Shown in pieces: positions 19,426 through 28,893 of a stretch of 64,000 nucleotides of DNA. The position numbers and the translations under genes were made by a program. The stretch lies in the IMG/VR virus record IMGVR_UViG_3300005686_000008; one strand, written 5' to 3'. The notes beneath the pieces are model-generated. The model was not told where the DNA came from. It made no database searches and saw only the letters and a list, made by a program, of their open reading frames with translations. The DNA is from a virus. Taxonomy: Duplodnaviria > Caudoviricetes. Each line of letters starts with the position of its first letter. The first letter of the stretch is position 1.

Positions 19426-19456
19426 TACTGAATACCGACAGTTACGGAGTAAAGAA

Positions 19457-22400
19457 ATGAATGCTATAACATTTATTAAAGAAATGAGCGAGGCTCTTTT
19501 GAAAGAAGCAGCAACTCTTAGGCCATATAAGCATCGCCCTTTTACGGGTGATGAGTATGAAACTCCATTGCATGACCCTTCTTCTATTCCTCCAATGGTT
19601 AATAAAGGATATCCTGATAAGCCATTGGTTCCTAAGCCCATGTCTAAAGCGCCTTCTCAAGAGTCTTCCGATTCAGGCGTTGTTGCTCCGTATCTTGGCG
19701 GTCAAAATGCTATTCCCACTTCTTCTATAACCGTTTCAATGTGGGTTGAGGCTTTTAAGTTCAAATTCAATAAGATGATTGAAGAGTATACGAGTAATAA
19801 TGAAATTACTCCTGAACAAATAAAAGATCAGTTCAGAACCTTTGTTAAGGATGAAAAAGAAAACAAGCTTAGTCCTGAAAATAAACCTCTTACTAAAGAA
19901 CAAACACAGAAGAAATTTGAAGCCATAAGTATATTTGAAAGAGCATTTGAAACGGCTTTTAATAAGTATTATAGAGAAGGAGATATTGAAGAACCCGGGA
20001 TGAAGCCCGAAGATGTTTCTATTCCAAGAAATCTTTCAAAGGGAGAAGTTAAGGCTATTTTTGATAGAAGTAGATACTTACAACAGGGCAGAGAGAAGGC
20101 TGAGAAGACTCTTGAAGGTCTTTTGAAGTTACCGGAATTTGCAAGAAATGATTCTAATAGAAAACTTTTGGAAGAAGTTGCTGCTGAGCAAATGGGTTCG
20201 GCAGTTGCTAGCTCTATAAGCGAAGAAGATAGAAAATCTCTTTCTAAACTCTTTTTGGATAGTTATTTGAACAATAAACAAGACCCAGAATCTCTTGTAA
20301 GATGGAGCTTATTGCTTGGTCAGCCATTGAGCGGAAAGCAAAAAGCAATGCGAGATCAAAAGAGGCAAGAGAGGGGAGAAAAAGGCCCTCCTCCAATAAT
20401 CCCTAAGCAGATTATGGAAAGTATTGACCCATTTTCATTTATATCAAACGATCTGTTTTTCCCGGATAGTAATAACAAAGATATTTTCTTGTCCTTCTTT
20501 TTAGAGCCATATGCAAGACAAGATATGTTTAATGCTATTGGTCCGGATCTTGACCCGATTGAAAGCGAACTACTTGTATCTGCAAAAGAAGGTACATATA
20601 GAGCTAATGCGATGGATGTTCTTCAAAGGCATGCGGATGCTCTTGTTGTAGAAATGAAAGATATTATATCGAATCCTGGAAATCATTTACATCATAAATT
20701 CTTTGATTGGGTTCTAAAAGAAATTGTAAGAGGGGCTAGTAGTAAGATTGGCAAAGAGATTCAGTTTACTCCAGATGCTCCTAAAAAGGGAGATAAAATG
20801 GTTGACCCATTTGAAAGCGCTCCTGATAGAGGGTTTAGAAGCGATTTTAGAATTGAAATGGGTAAAAATGTCTTTGAAACTGAGGGGCTAAGAATTGAAG
20901 GTCCAAAAGCGGAAAAAGGCGATTTAGTTGATGTTGATAAGGCGGATAGTTTGCGAAATAACTGGAATAGACTTAACCAGTTTATGATGGCTCTTTCTGG
21001 AAAATTAGATGCTCTATATGCAAAATCAACCAGTCCTGATCAAAAAATAAACGCAATGAGAAAGAAGATTCTTTGGTCAAGAGTTAGACAATCTTGCGAG
21101 TTGTCTGTAAAACAAACCTTGGAAGCGATATCAAGAGGAGTTAAGAGTATAACTGACGAGAGAATGCTTAACATTATCAATCAAGACTGGAGCGAGCTAT
21201 TCAAGTTGGAGCATCTGAGCGATAAATCTTTCTCTCCTACAGAGCCGGATATAGCAGAAGCAATTCAAAAGTTGGTTGCTGATGGTGTTTGTAAAGCGAA
21301 GGTGGATAAGAATACTGGCAATGTTGCAATGACAGCACAACAGTCTGCTTATGATGAACTTGTAACTTTAAGTGCTATAGATTATCCTCCAAATATGAAA
21401 GTTAATGGAAAAAAAGATCCTAATTACATGAAGGTAAATAATACAAGAAATATCATACAGCAAAAAGCTTATGGAACTATGGAGAACTTGAAAGAAGTTT
21501 TGTTAGATCCAGATTTGATTACTCAGTTTGGAAATGACACTCTTGTGTCCTTTATTGAAGTTGTTGGGTTCTTCCCGGAGACGGCTGCTATTGGAGCTTT
21601 ACTTGCTAAAAAGAACAGAGGAACATTTGATGATAAGATTAACTATCTTACACAACTTGTAAGAAGAGGTGTTGATTTAGGTAAGACTGAAGAAGAAATA
21701 GAAGTTATGTCTCCTCAAGAAATCTCTGCTATCTTTGATAACGTAAGAGGAATGCTTGAAACGCTGTATTCAACGTCTGAAGAGATAAGGACTAGGCTTT
21801 CTGATCCTAATTCGTTCTTCAAGGATGAGGATGTTTCTAGATTTGCGGCTGCTGCCGGCTTGGGAAATGTTAGAAGTAAAACTGATTTTGCTAAGCTGAA
21901 TGATGAAAGCAAAGATGCTATTATAAATGAACTTGACAAGAGCGAGTTTAAGAAATATTGCGTAGATCAAATTACTGCTATTAATGCAATGAAGTCTTTC
22001 TTGGAAAAGTATATTTCGTATAGCACTGGTGACCAGGCTTTCTTGCAAAGAAATGGGTTCAAGAGTAAGGATGATTTTTATAGGCATATTGGAGTTAAGG
22101 GAGGAAGCGTTGATGAGTTTTTGGATAAGTCTCCAGATAGAAGAATATTCCAAGTAGCGCAAAGATACTATCCGAAACTTTTTGATGCCTATAATAGGGG
22201 CTTATTAAAGAAGACCGAGGGAGATAAGGCTGAATCTTCCAAGATACAAAAAATTGTTGATGATTTGCTTGCAGGCGCAGAGAATGCTCCTGTTGATCTT
22301 AAGAGTTCCAAAAGGCCATATGGTCCATCAAGACAAAAAGCTAAAGATGCCTTGTTCTTTGCTCAAATTTTGGATGCTGAATCTCCTCAGAGATTTGCTG

Positions 22401-22561
22401 TAAGAATGCAATCGCTCAAGAAGATTGCAAATCAAAGAAAGGTTGCTAAGGCTATATCTGTAAGACAAAAGTTTGTTAAGATGAACGCCGATATAACTAT
22501 AGTAGACGCATTAATCCAAGGATTAAAAAATGGCGGAAGACAAAGCATGGGACTTGAGTAA
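19457..22561 (+). CDS. Large charged, likely helical protein of unknown function (possible internal head protein)
   Basis: 1034-aa ORF, K/E-rich, no motif recognised. Confidence 0.6.
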   Translation: MNAITFIKEMSEALLKEAATLRPYKHRPFTGDEYETPLHDPSSIPPMVNKGYPDKPLVPKPMSKAPSQESSDSGVVAPYLGGQNAIPTSSITVSMWVEAFKFKFNKMIEEYTSNNEITPEQIKDQFRTFVKDEKENKLSPENKPLTKEQTQKKFEAISIFERAFETAFNKYYREGDIEEPGMKPEDVSIPRNLSKGEVKAIFDRSRYLQQGREKAEKTLEGLLKLPEFARNDSNRKLLEEVAAEQMGSAVASSISEEDRKSLSKLFLDSYLNNKQDPESLVRWSLLLGQPLSGKQKAMRDQKRQERGEKGPPPIIPKQIMESIDPFSFISNDLFFPDSNNKDIFLSFFLEPYARQDMFNAIGPDLDPIESELLVSAKEGTYRANAMDVLQRHADALVVEMKDIISNPGNHLHHKFFDWVLKEIVRGASSKIGKEIQFTPDAPKKGDKMVDPFESAPDRGFRSDFRIEMGKNVFETEGLRIEGPKAEKGDLVDVDKADSLRNNWNRLNQFMMALSGKLDALYAKSTSPDQKINAMRKKILWSRVRQSCELSVKQTLEAISRGVKSITDERMLNIINQDWSELFKLEHLSDKSFSPTEPDIAEAIQKLVADGVCKAKVDKNTGNVAMTAQQSAYDELVTLSAIDYPPNMKVNGKKDPNYMKVNNTRNIIQQKAYGTMENLKEVLLDPDLITQFGNDTLVSFIEVVGFFPETAAIGALLAKKNRGTFDDKINYLTQLVRRGVDLGKTEEEIEVMSPQEISAIFDNVRGMLETLYSTSEEIRTRLSDPNSFFKDEDVSRFAAAAGLGNVRSKTDFAKLNDESKDAIINELDKSEFKKYCVDQITAINAMKSFLEKYISYSTGDQAFLQRNGFKSKDDFYRHIGVKGGSVDEFLDKSPDRRIFQVAQRYYPKLFDAYNRGLLKKTEGDKAESSKIQKIVDDLLAGAENAPVDLKSSKRPYGPSRQKAKDALFFAQILDAESPQRFAVRMQSLKKIANQRKVAKAISVRQKFVKMNADITIVDALIQGLKNGGRQSMGLE

Positions 22562-22751
22562 AGAAGTAGATAATAGTTGCAAACTTGTTGCTGTATGTAT
22601 GCATTGTAGACATCACGCTCATAATCCTACTATAGAGTTCAATTTTGGCGATAGCAAAGTTTATTGGCTTTGTCCTTCATGCACAAAGATGAATGAAATG
22701 GATTTTTCTAAGAGACTTCCTCCTGCTTATCCTAAAACAAGGAGACAATGA
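22530..22751 (+). CDS. Small zinc-ribbon protein
   Basis: CMHC...CPSC. Confidence 0.65.
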   Translation: MAEDKAWDLSKEVDNSCKLVAVCMHCRHHAHNPTIEFNFGDSKVYWLCPSCTKMNEMDFSKRLPPAYPKTRRQ

Positions 22752-23336
22752 GTGTATATAGTTAAAAACAATACATCTCATGATTTGTCCGTGCCAGAGT
22801 TGAGTTTAACTTTGGGTCCGGGAAATAAGATTGACTTGGACATGATAACTTCAAGGCATTATATTGACCAATCTAGAACTCTTAGAAATCTTCTTTCAAC
22901 TAACAAGATGATATGTATAGTTAGAGATGATGGATCTGGGGCTTATCAGATAAAAAGAGTTCATGTACAAGAATCCAAACCTCAATCGCCTTCGTCTTCT
23001 GATGTAATGGAATCAATTAAGCAGCTAGAAGACAAGATTACAAAGAGGATTGATGAGAAAGTTGCAAACTCTCAGCCTCAAATAGATGTCAATGCTTTGA
23101 ATAATGCAATTTCAGCGTTACAAGCCTTGACTGGCGGTTCCGGAAAAATATCGCATATTGCTGAACAGAAGATTGAAGAGGCAAAAAGCGAAATAGATCC
23201 TAAACGACTTGTTGATATACAGAAAAGAACGGTTGGTAGGCTTGTTAATAATGCAGAATCTAATGTAAAGCATGATGAACAGATAACCGATAAAGATGTA
23301 GCGAAGAACGCTAGGGAATTAGAAGGGCTGTTGTAA
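22752..23336 (+). CDS. Hypothetical protein with coiled-coil C-terminal half
   Basis: 194-aa ORF immediately upstream of the actin-like gene. Confidence 0.65.
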   Translation: MYIVKNNTSHDLSVPELSLTLGPGNKIDLDMITSRHYIDQSRTLRNLLSTNKMICIVRDDGSGAYQIKRVHVQESKPQSPSSSDVMESIKQLEDKITKRIDEKVANSQPQIDVNALNNAISALQALTGGSGKISHIAEQKIEEAKSEIDPKRLVDIQKRTVGRLVNNAESNVKHDEQITDKDVAKNARELEGLL

Positions 23337-23356
23337 TAGAGAAAAGGAGAACAGAG

Positions 23357-24400
23357 ATGAGTAGAGTTATAGGGTGTGATCCCGGAACGATGTTTTTTCA
23401 GGTTGCTGAAATGGTTGATGGGATCGTAAAGGTAAAAAATACGAGAAATGCGTTTGTTGAGCTTCCAAAGGGCGATGACGTTGAAGATGTCCTTAGAGGT
23501 AATAATTGGCAATTCGTAAAAGACAACGACACTTATTATGTTGTTGGAGATGATTGCATAAAGGTTGCTAATATTTTCCCCGGCAAGGTTGAAGTTCGTA
23601 GACCTATGGCTGATGGAGTTTTGAATAAAAACGAGGATAAGAAACTTGTTGTTCTTGCGGAAATTATCAAGGCTTCTGTTGGTCAGGCTCCAGACGATGC
23701 TTCGTGGGTATGTATTTGCGTAAGCTCGGAGTCCGTTGACAGCTCGGTTGATTCATCTTTCCATAAAAATAGACTTTCGGCGTTGTTTGAAAGACTTGGA
23801 TGGAATGTAAAGGTTATCGAGGAAGGTCACGCCGTTGTTCTAAGCGAAAGGCCAACTATTACAGAAGAAGATGGCACGGTTGTTCCATATTCCGGCATTG
23901 GCGTTAGTTTTGGGGCTGGAAGAGTAAACTGTCTTTTGGCCTATAAAGGTCTTCCTGTTATAGGAATGAGCGTTGCTCGTAGCGGAGATTGGATTGATAA
24001 GCAAGTTTCCGACCAGACAGGTGTTGCTATTTCTCAAGTAATATCCGCCAAAGAAAAGAAGCTCGATTTTACCAATCTTGATGAAAATGATGATATTGTT
24101 TTTGCTTTAGATACCTACTATGATGCCATGATTGAGCATGTATTTAAGCATTTTGGCAAGAAATTCCAAGAAGTTAAGAGTCAGTTTACTCAACCCCTTG
24201 ATATTATTGTTGCTGGTGGAACTAGTATGCCAAAGGGTTTTTGCGAAAAATTAGATAAGATAGTAAGGGGAATGAATCTTCCTTTTGCGATCAAAGATGT
24301 AAGACTTGCGAAGAGTCCTAGAAACGCCGTAGTAGAAGGTTTGCTCACTCAAGCCATGATTACGCAAAAGAAGGAGAATGCAAACAGAGTAATGGGGTAA
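23357..24400 (+). CDS. Actin-superfamily ATPase (MreB/MamK/ParM-like)
   Basis: Phosphate-1 IGCDPGT, RRPMADG, connect-1 IEEGHAVV, phosphate-2 SFGAGRVN, adenosine AGGTSMPKGF, connect-2 NAVVEGLL; AAGGAG RBS. Confidence 0.85.
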   Translation: MSRVIGCDPGTMFFQVAEMVDGIVKVKNTRNAFVELPKGDDVEDVLRGNNWQFVKDNDTYYVVGDDCIKVANIFPGKVEVRRPMADGVLNKNEDKKLVVLAEIIKASVGQAPDDASWVCICVSSESVDSSVDSSFHKNRLSALFERLGWNVKVIEEGHAVVLSERPTITEEDGTVVPYSGIGVSFGAGRVNCLLAYKGLPVIGMSVARSGDWIDKQVSDQTGVAISQVISAKEKKLDFTNLDENDDIVFALDTYYDAMIEHVFKHFGKKFQEVKSQFTQPLDIIVAGGTSMPKGFCEKLDKIVRGMNLPFAIKDVRLAKSPRNAVVEGLLTQAMITQKKENANRVMG

Positions 24401-24404
24401 GTAA

Positions 24405-25127
24405 ATGGCATATGCAACAGCACAACAGGTCTACGAGATTTTAGCTCAAGCTCTTACAACTGCAACAAGCCCTGTTGTTAATGGGCAGCCTGTCCCTCTT
24501 TGGCGTTTTGGTAAAGAAAGAAGTAGTAACGTTATATCTGATGATACAGTAAATCAGTATATCGTTTGGGCTAGCGACCAGATAGATGCCTCTATAAGCG
24601 AGCTGTATGTTACTCCGTTAGAAGAAAAAACAGATTTAGAACTTAGGTTGATTGCGGATATAGATGCTTATAATAATGATGTTCAGGTTGATAAGCCGGG
24701 ACCGATAAGCGCTGGCGATATTCTTGTGTTTATAGACTCTCTTACAGAAGAGAGGGCAATTGTTTCTTCTGTATCAGGATATGTTATTATTTTGGATACA
24801 GCTCTTTATGGAATCTATATGGCAGAAACAACAAGAGTTTTGAGAGTAAAGTTTCCTCCAACTATCAATCTAATTTGCGCTCGCCTTGCTGCTGCTAACT
24901 TGTACGATAAGTTTTTTGCATCGCAAGCTAATCCCAATATTTCTGATTATGGCAAAAATCTTCGAAAGTGGGCTTTATCTGATTTGAATTCAATCTTGCA
25001 GGGTATCATAATACTGCATGGTCAAAAGAGAATTGGTCATCGTTTCTTCAATCCAACGCTTAGAGATAGGTATGGATTACCTGGTCTTGAAGGCGGAGAT
25101 AGAGAGATGAAGGGCGGTGACGCATGA
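24405..25127 (+). CDS. Putative head-tail adaptor (Mu gp36-like) with an inserted beta domain
   Basis: MAYAT start, ASDQIDASISELYVTPL, ICARLAAANLY pattern; position before tail genes. Confidence 0.55.
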   Translation: MAYATAQQVYEILAQALTTATSPVVNGQPVPLWRFGKERSSNVISDDTVNQYIVWASDQIDASISELYVTPLEEKTDLELRLIADIDAYNNDVQVDKPGPISAGDILVFIDSLTEERAIVSSVSGYVIILDTALYGIYMAETTRVLRVKFPPTINLICARLAAANLYDKFFASQANPNISDYGKNLRKWALSDLNSILQGIIILHGQKRIGHRFFNPTLRDRYGLPGLEGGDREMKGGDA

Positions 25128-25393
25128 GCGAGGATTCTAAGCAGTTTTCTGAACAGATAAGCGATTTTGCTAAATCTGTTTCAAATATCTCAAGCAAAAC
25201 AAAGATAACTGATGTTGGTTTGAAAATGGAATCAATAGTATCTCCAGATAAAGAATCTGCCATAAAGAGATATGATTATGAACAGTATATGAAAACGTCT
25301 GATATTGAAGTCAATCTTGAAAATGAAGAAGAAATAGATAAGAAAATCGAAGATGTTGTTAATGAATTTCTTGATGATTTGTTTGGTAGGTAA
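25124..25393 (+). CDS. Acidic hypothetical protein
   Basis: ATGA overlap with upstream gene. Confidence 0.6.
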   Translation: MSEDSKQFSEQISDFAKSVSNISSKTKITDVGLKMESIVSPDKESAIKRYDYEQYMKTSDIEVNLENEEEIDKKIEDVVNEFLDDLFGR

Positions 25394-25398
25394 CTATA

Positions 25399-26304
25399 AT
25401 GATAGATATTCTTGAAAGCGTCAGGAGAACCATATACCGTTGGGTAAACACTAATGTTGCCCTTACGGAAGATGCTCCATATAATACCACAACTCTTAAA
25501 GTCACTTCTTCGATTAGATTCAAGGCTGGCGATGAGGTTGCTCTTCACAATGGAGTTGATGGAGAGCCTGGTCTTAGAATATATGAAGTTCCAGATAACA
25601 ATACGATTATTCTTGAAACTCCTATACAGGTTATTACTGGATGGAGAGTTTCGAATAACGCTATGCTTACAAAGACTTATAATGGACAGTTTATGCAGGC
25701 AATTTATATTGGAGAGCCAGATGTTATTCCAATGTATCCTGCCATAACCATTCTTGGACAAAAAAGGTCTTCGGAATGGTTTACTCTTGGTACTACCAAA
25801 GAGAGATATTCTCTTCAAATTGCCATTTATTCTGCTGCTGATAATCATGAAGATTCATATAGAACCGTTATGCAGCTTGCTGATATTATTCAGCTTGGTT
25901 TGAAAAAGAACATCTTCCCTCTTGTGGGACAATACGAAACAACAACCATTACGGCTGACATAGCCGCAGAAGATACTTTTATTAAGGTTGCTGATTCTTC
26001 AATATTCCAATGCGAGGATAAGATAGTTGTTGAGAATATATATCAGGCGGAAGAACTTAGGGTTGCGGCAATTCCAGATTCAACAACTATACAAGTATTT
26101 CCAAATCCTCACTTCCCTTACCTTGTAAGCGAACAAACAAAGGTTATCAGATTGACTAGGTTTATTTACAATTCATGGCCTAGCGATATTGAATATGGTT
26201 TTAAGTACAAGGGAACTCTATTGCATGCTGCAAGTATTTCATGGTTTGCTGAAGAGCAAGAAATACAGACTCGTCATGGATGGTCAGACCCTCAGTTGTC
26301 GTAA
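25399..26304 (+). CDS. Putative tail completion/terminator protein
   Basis: IYIGEPDVIPMYPAITI pattern; context; two inserted beta domains. Confidence 0.5.
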   Translation: MIDILESVRRTIYRWVNTNVALTEDAPYNTTTLKVTSSIRFKAGDEVALHNGVDGEPGLRIYEVPDNNTIILETPIQVITGWRVSNNAMLTKTYNGQFMQAIYIGEPDVIPMYPAITILGQKRSSEWFTLGTTKERYSLQIAIYSAADNHEDSYRTVMQLADIIQLGLKKNIFPLVGQYETTTITADIAAEDTFIKVADSSIFQCEDKIVVENIYQAEELRVAAIPDSTTIQVFPNPHFPYLVSEQTKVIRLTRFIYNSWPSDIEYGFKYKGTLLHAASISWFAEEQEIQTRHGWSDPQLS

Positions 26305-26307
26305 TAT

Positions 26308-26607
26308 ATGTGGTACAAGCAAGCAAATCATCCTTATTTTGATATAGGTCATAAGCCTTCAAAAGGTAAACCTATTACGTTGTGGTGGTGGGATGGTAGG
26401 CTTTGGACTAGAGATACGGAAGACCCCAGGTTTGGTCATTCTGAAGTTGTTTCTCCTTCTATTTACAATGCAAATCTATGTAGAGGCAGATATGACCCAT
26501 CTACTAATATGGTAAGTATAATGGCTTTGGGCGGTATTCCAGAAGGATGCGTTGATGCCATTAAGAAGCAATGGCCTTCTGCTCAGATTAAGTTATTTCG
26601 CAAATAA
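26308..26607 (+). CDS. Hypothetical protein starting MWYKQA
   Basis: 99-aa ORF; RGRYD motif. Confidence 0.6.
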   Translation: MWYKQANHPYFDIGHKPSKGKPITLWWWDGRLWTRDTEDPRFGHSEVVSPSIYNANLCRGRYDPSTNMVSIMALGGIPEGCVDAIKKQWPSAQIKLFRK

Positions 26608-26655
26608 GTCGATATCTCCTAATGAGTCAAGTCAGACTCAAAAGGAGATGTTCCT

Positions 26656-27114
26656 ATGGAAAAAATAGAATCTGGTAGAAGGTGCGGCAAGTTATATTCT
26701 TGCCTTGTTTCTTTAATAGAGCTTTTGCAAGACAGAAGAAAAGAAATTGATTCGGTATCGCATTGTTTGCCTAGACTGAAATATGCAAAAGAGTTTGGAA
26801 CGATCAAACTTTGTACAGCAAGAGGATGCGGTCATACTTCTGCTTTGGCGAAAATTATTGAGGAAAAGTTTGATAAGGCTATTGTAGTCTTTCATACTCT
26901 CAAGATTTCTGCGATATTTCAGAAACAGTATCCAAATATAAAAAACAAGATTACCATCATTACTCCTGAAACTTTTGACAAGTTATGGGGTCATGCTGAT
27001 GTAGATGTTGTTATTGTTGATTGTTGTTCTTTGCTGTCGCAATCAAAGATAGATGAGTTATATGACATAACGGCGTATGCGATGAAGAACCCTATGTATA
27101 TACTTATGGAGTAA
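26656..27114 (+). CDS. Degenerate P-loop-like protein
   Basis: ARGCGHT (Walker A-like, Lys replaced by His) and VVIVD; AAGGAG RBS. Confidence 0.5.
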   Translation: MEKIESGRRCGKLYSCLVSLIELLQDRRKEIDSVSHCLPRLKYAKEFGTIKLCTARGCGHTSALAKIIEEKFDKAIVVFHTLKISAIFQKQYPNIKNKITIITPETFDKLWGHADVDVVIVDCCSLLSQSKIDELYDITAYAMKNPMYILME

Positions 27115-27117
27115 AAA

Positions 27118-28281
27118 ATGAAAATATTGACTATTGGAGCATCTCCTTATTTGCTTGTTCGTAATGGCAAAATGAATGCGGATGTTATTGAGAGATTTAT
27201 TTCTGAAGGACACCAGGTTTCTTCTGCTGTTTGGCATCATGATGAAGGCTATTTCATGCCATCTGATGAGGGAGTTCATGCGTATGAGAAAGATGGTAGA
27301 ACTATTTGTCAACTATACCCCTTTACTCCTAAAACAGAAGAGGCTTCTCCGTTTATCTATGAGCTTATGAAAAGAATACAGCCAGATTTGGTTGTTACTA
27401 TAGGAGACCATAAGGATACAAACTTTATCTATGCGATTAAGGCAATGTATCCAACCCTGTTTAAGTGGATAGCTATATATACTTTTGATTCTAAGGGATT
27501 GTCTCCGTCCTTGAAGGATGCTTTTGAATATGCTGACTGTTCTTTGGTTACGAGCGATTTTGGTGCAGAAGAAATCTTGGCTGTTGCTAATGTAAAATGC
27601 ATTTGTAATCCATATGGAGTAAATCATCAAATCTTTAACTATATTGATGGATTTGATAGGGATACGGTTTTGTGTTCGGCAAGGAACGCTCAAGCAAGTA
27701 ATTTGCCAGCATTCATAATGGCTATGGCCGGAACTGGGATAAAATCCTATTTGCATACCAATTTATACGATCCGGGCGATTACAACATAGATTTACTCAA
27801 AGAGAGGTACAAAGCGGATAATTTAGAGTATACGAGCGATTATTGCTCTATAAAAGACGGCATCCCTTCCTCCAAATTGAATGAGATTTATAACAAGTCA
27901 GCAGTTATTGTTGATTGTTCAATTAAATCAGCCACAGGGCTTTCGTTATTGGAAGGAATGGCTTGCGGATGTGTTCCTGTTGGCCCTAATTATGGTAGAG
28001 TTGGAGAAATAATTTCGCAAATGCCGGAAGGACTTAAGTTCACAGTTTCGTATAATACATTTATAGGGCAAAATGAAGAAGAATTTGCCATAATTTCTCC
28101 TACCGAACTTCGTTCTATAGTTTATGATGTAATGAGCGATAAGGGTAGGCTTAAAGAAGCATCTGAGGCAGCAAAGCAGTTGGCCGTAATCTATTCTAGT
28201 AACAGATTTTTAGACAATCTTATGGCTGCTGTAAAAGAAACTGCTTCTTCTAAGCAATGTATGGTTTTGGATTCTGTATGA
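27118..28281 (+). CDS. GT4 (GT-B) glycosyltransferase
   Basis: IQPDLVV, PYGVN, LNEIYN, TGLSLLEGMACGCVPV. Confidence 0.85.
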   Translation: MKILTIGASPYLLVRNGKMNADVIERFISEGHQVSSAVWHHDEGYFMPSDEGVHAYEKDGRTICQLYPFTPKTEEASPFIYELMKRIQPDLVVTIGDHKDTNFIYAIKAMYPTLFKWIAIYTFDSKGLSPSLKDAFEYADCSLVTSDFGAEEILAVANVKCICNPYGVNHQIFNYIDGFDRDTVLCSARNAQASNLPAFIMAMAGTGIKSYLHTNLYDPGDYNIDLLKERYKADNLEYTSDYCSIKDGIPSSKLNEIYNKSAVIVDCSIKSATGLSLLEGMACGCVPVGPNYGRVGEIISQMPEGLKFTVSYNTFIGQNEEEFAIISPTELRSIVYDVMSDKGRLKEASEAAKQLAVIYSSNRFLDNLMAAVKETASSKQCMVLDSV

Positions 28282-28299
28282 ATTAGTTCCTCCAATTAG

Positions 28300-28355
28300 A
28301 AGGATTTTCGATAGGCTTTTAGAAAAAAAGAGGAGACTCTGTATTTTATGTGAAT
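28300..28355 (+). promoter_or_regulatory. Two tandem candidate promoters (AAGG-N18-GAAA and GAGG-N18-GAAT)
   Basis: Copies at 28300-28325 and 28330-28355, ahead of the tail tube operon. Confidence 0.55.
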
Positions 28356-28416
28356 AAGATATAGAGTGCGGGACTTGCTTATCGGGGACCAAGCTTAGAA
28401 AGAGGAGTTAACACAA

Positions 28417-28860
28417 ATGGCATCTAACAATGTTATATCAGGAATAGATTATCTGGCTATCGCAACATACTATTCCGATTCAAGGGCTAATAACCTCGGC
28501 TCTGTTACTTATCTATATGATGCGGTATACAAAATCGTTCTGTCAGACAATGTTTACCCAACAATTGATCTTGTAAATGAATTCTGGACAAGTTATCTTG
28601 TCAATACTGACATTTATCGCTCTCCAACTACATATTTGAGCGCTGTAAGATCAATAAACAATCACGTTGTAAACAGAGCTGGAAACGATCAATGGGGTAA
28701 TGCGATTACGGACATAAACGACTACCTTATAGATCAGAATATTACGGTCCCGCTTGGGTGGGCAGATCTTTGCAAGATAACAGGGGTTCTTATTTGTAGA
28801 GACAATATTACTGGTAGTCCTGCGACATATACTGATGGTACAGCAACCCCAGCATGCTAA
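28417..28860 (+). CDS. Hypothetical virion protein
   Basis: Strong GAGGAG RBS; directly precedes tail tube. Confidence 0.7.
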   Translation: MASNNVISGIDYLAIATYYSDSRANNLGSVTYLYDAVYKIVLSDNVYPTIDLVNEFWTSYLVNTDIYRSPTTYLSAVRSINNHVVNRAGNDQWGNAITDINDYLIDQNITVPLGWADLCKITGVLICRDNITGSPATYTDGTATPAC

Positions 28861-28893
28861 TGGCGGCGTTCACTTAAGTTAGGAGTTACAAAA

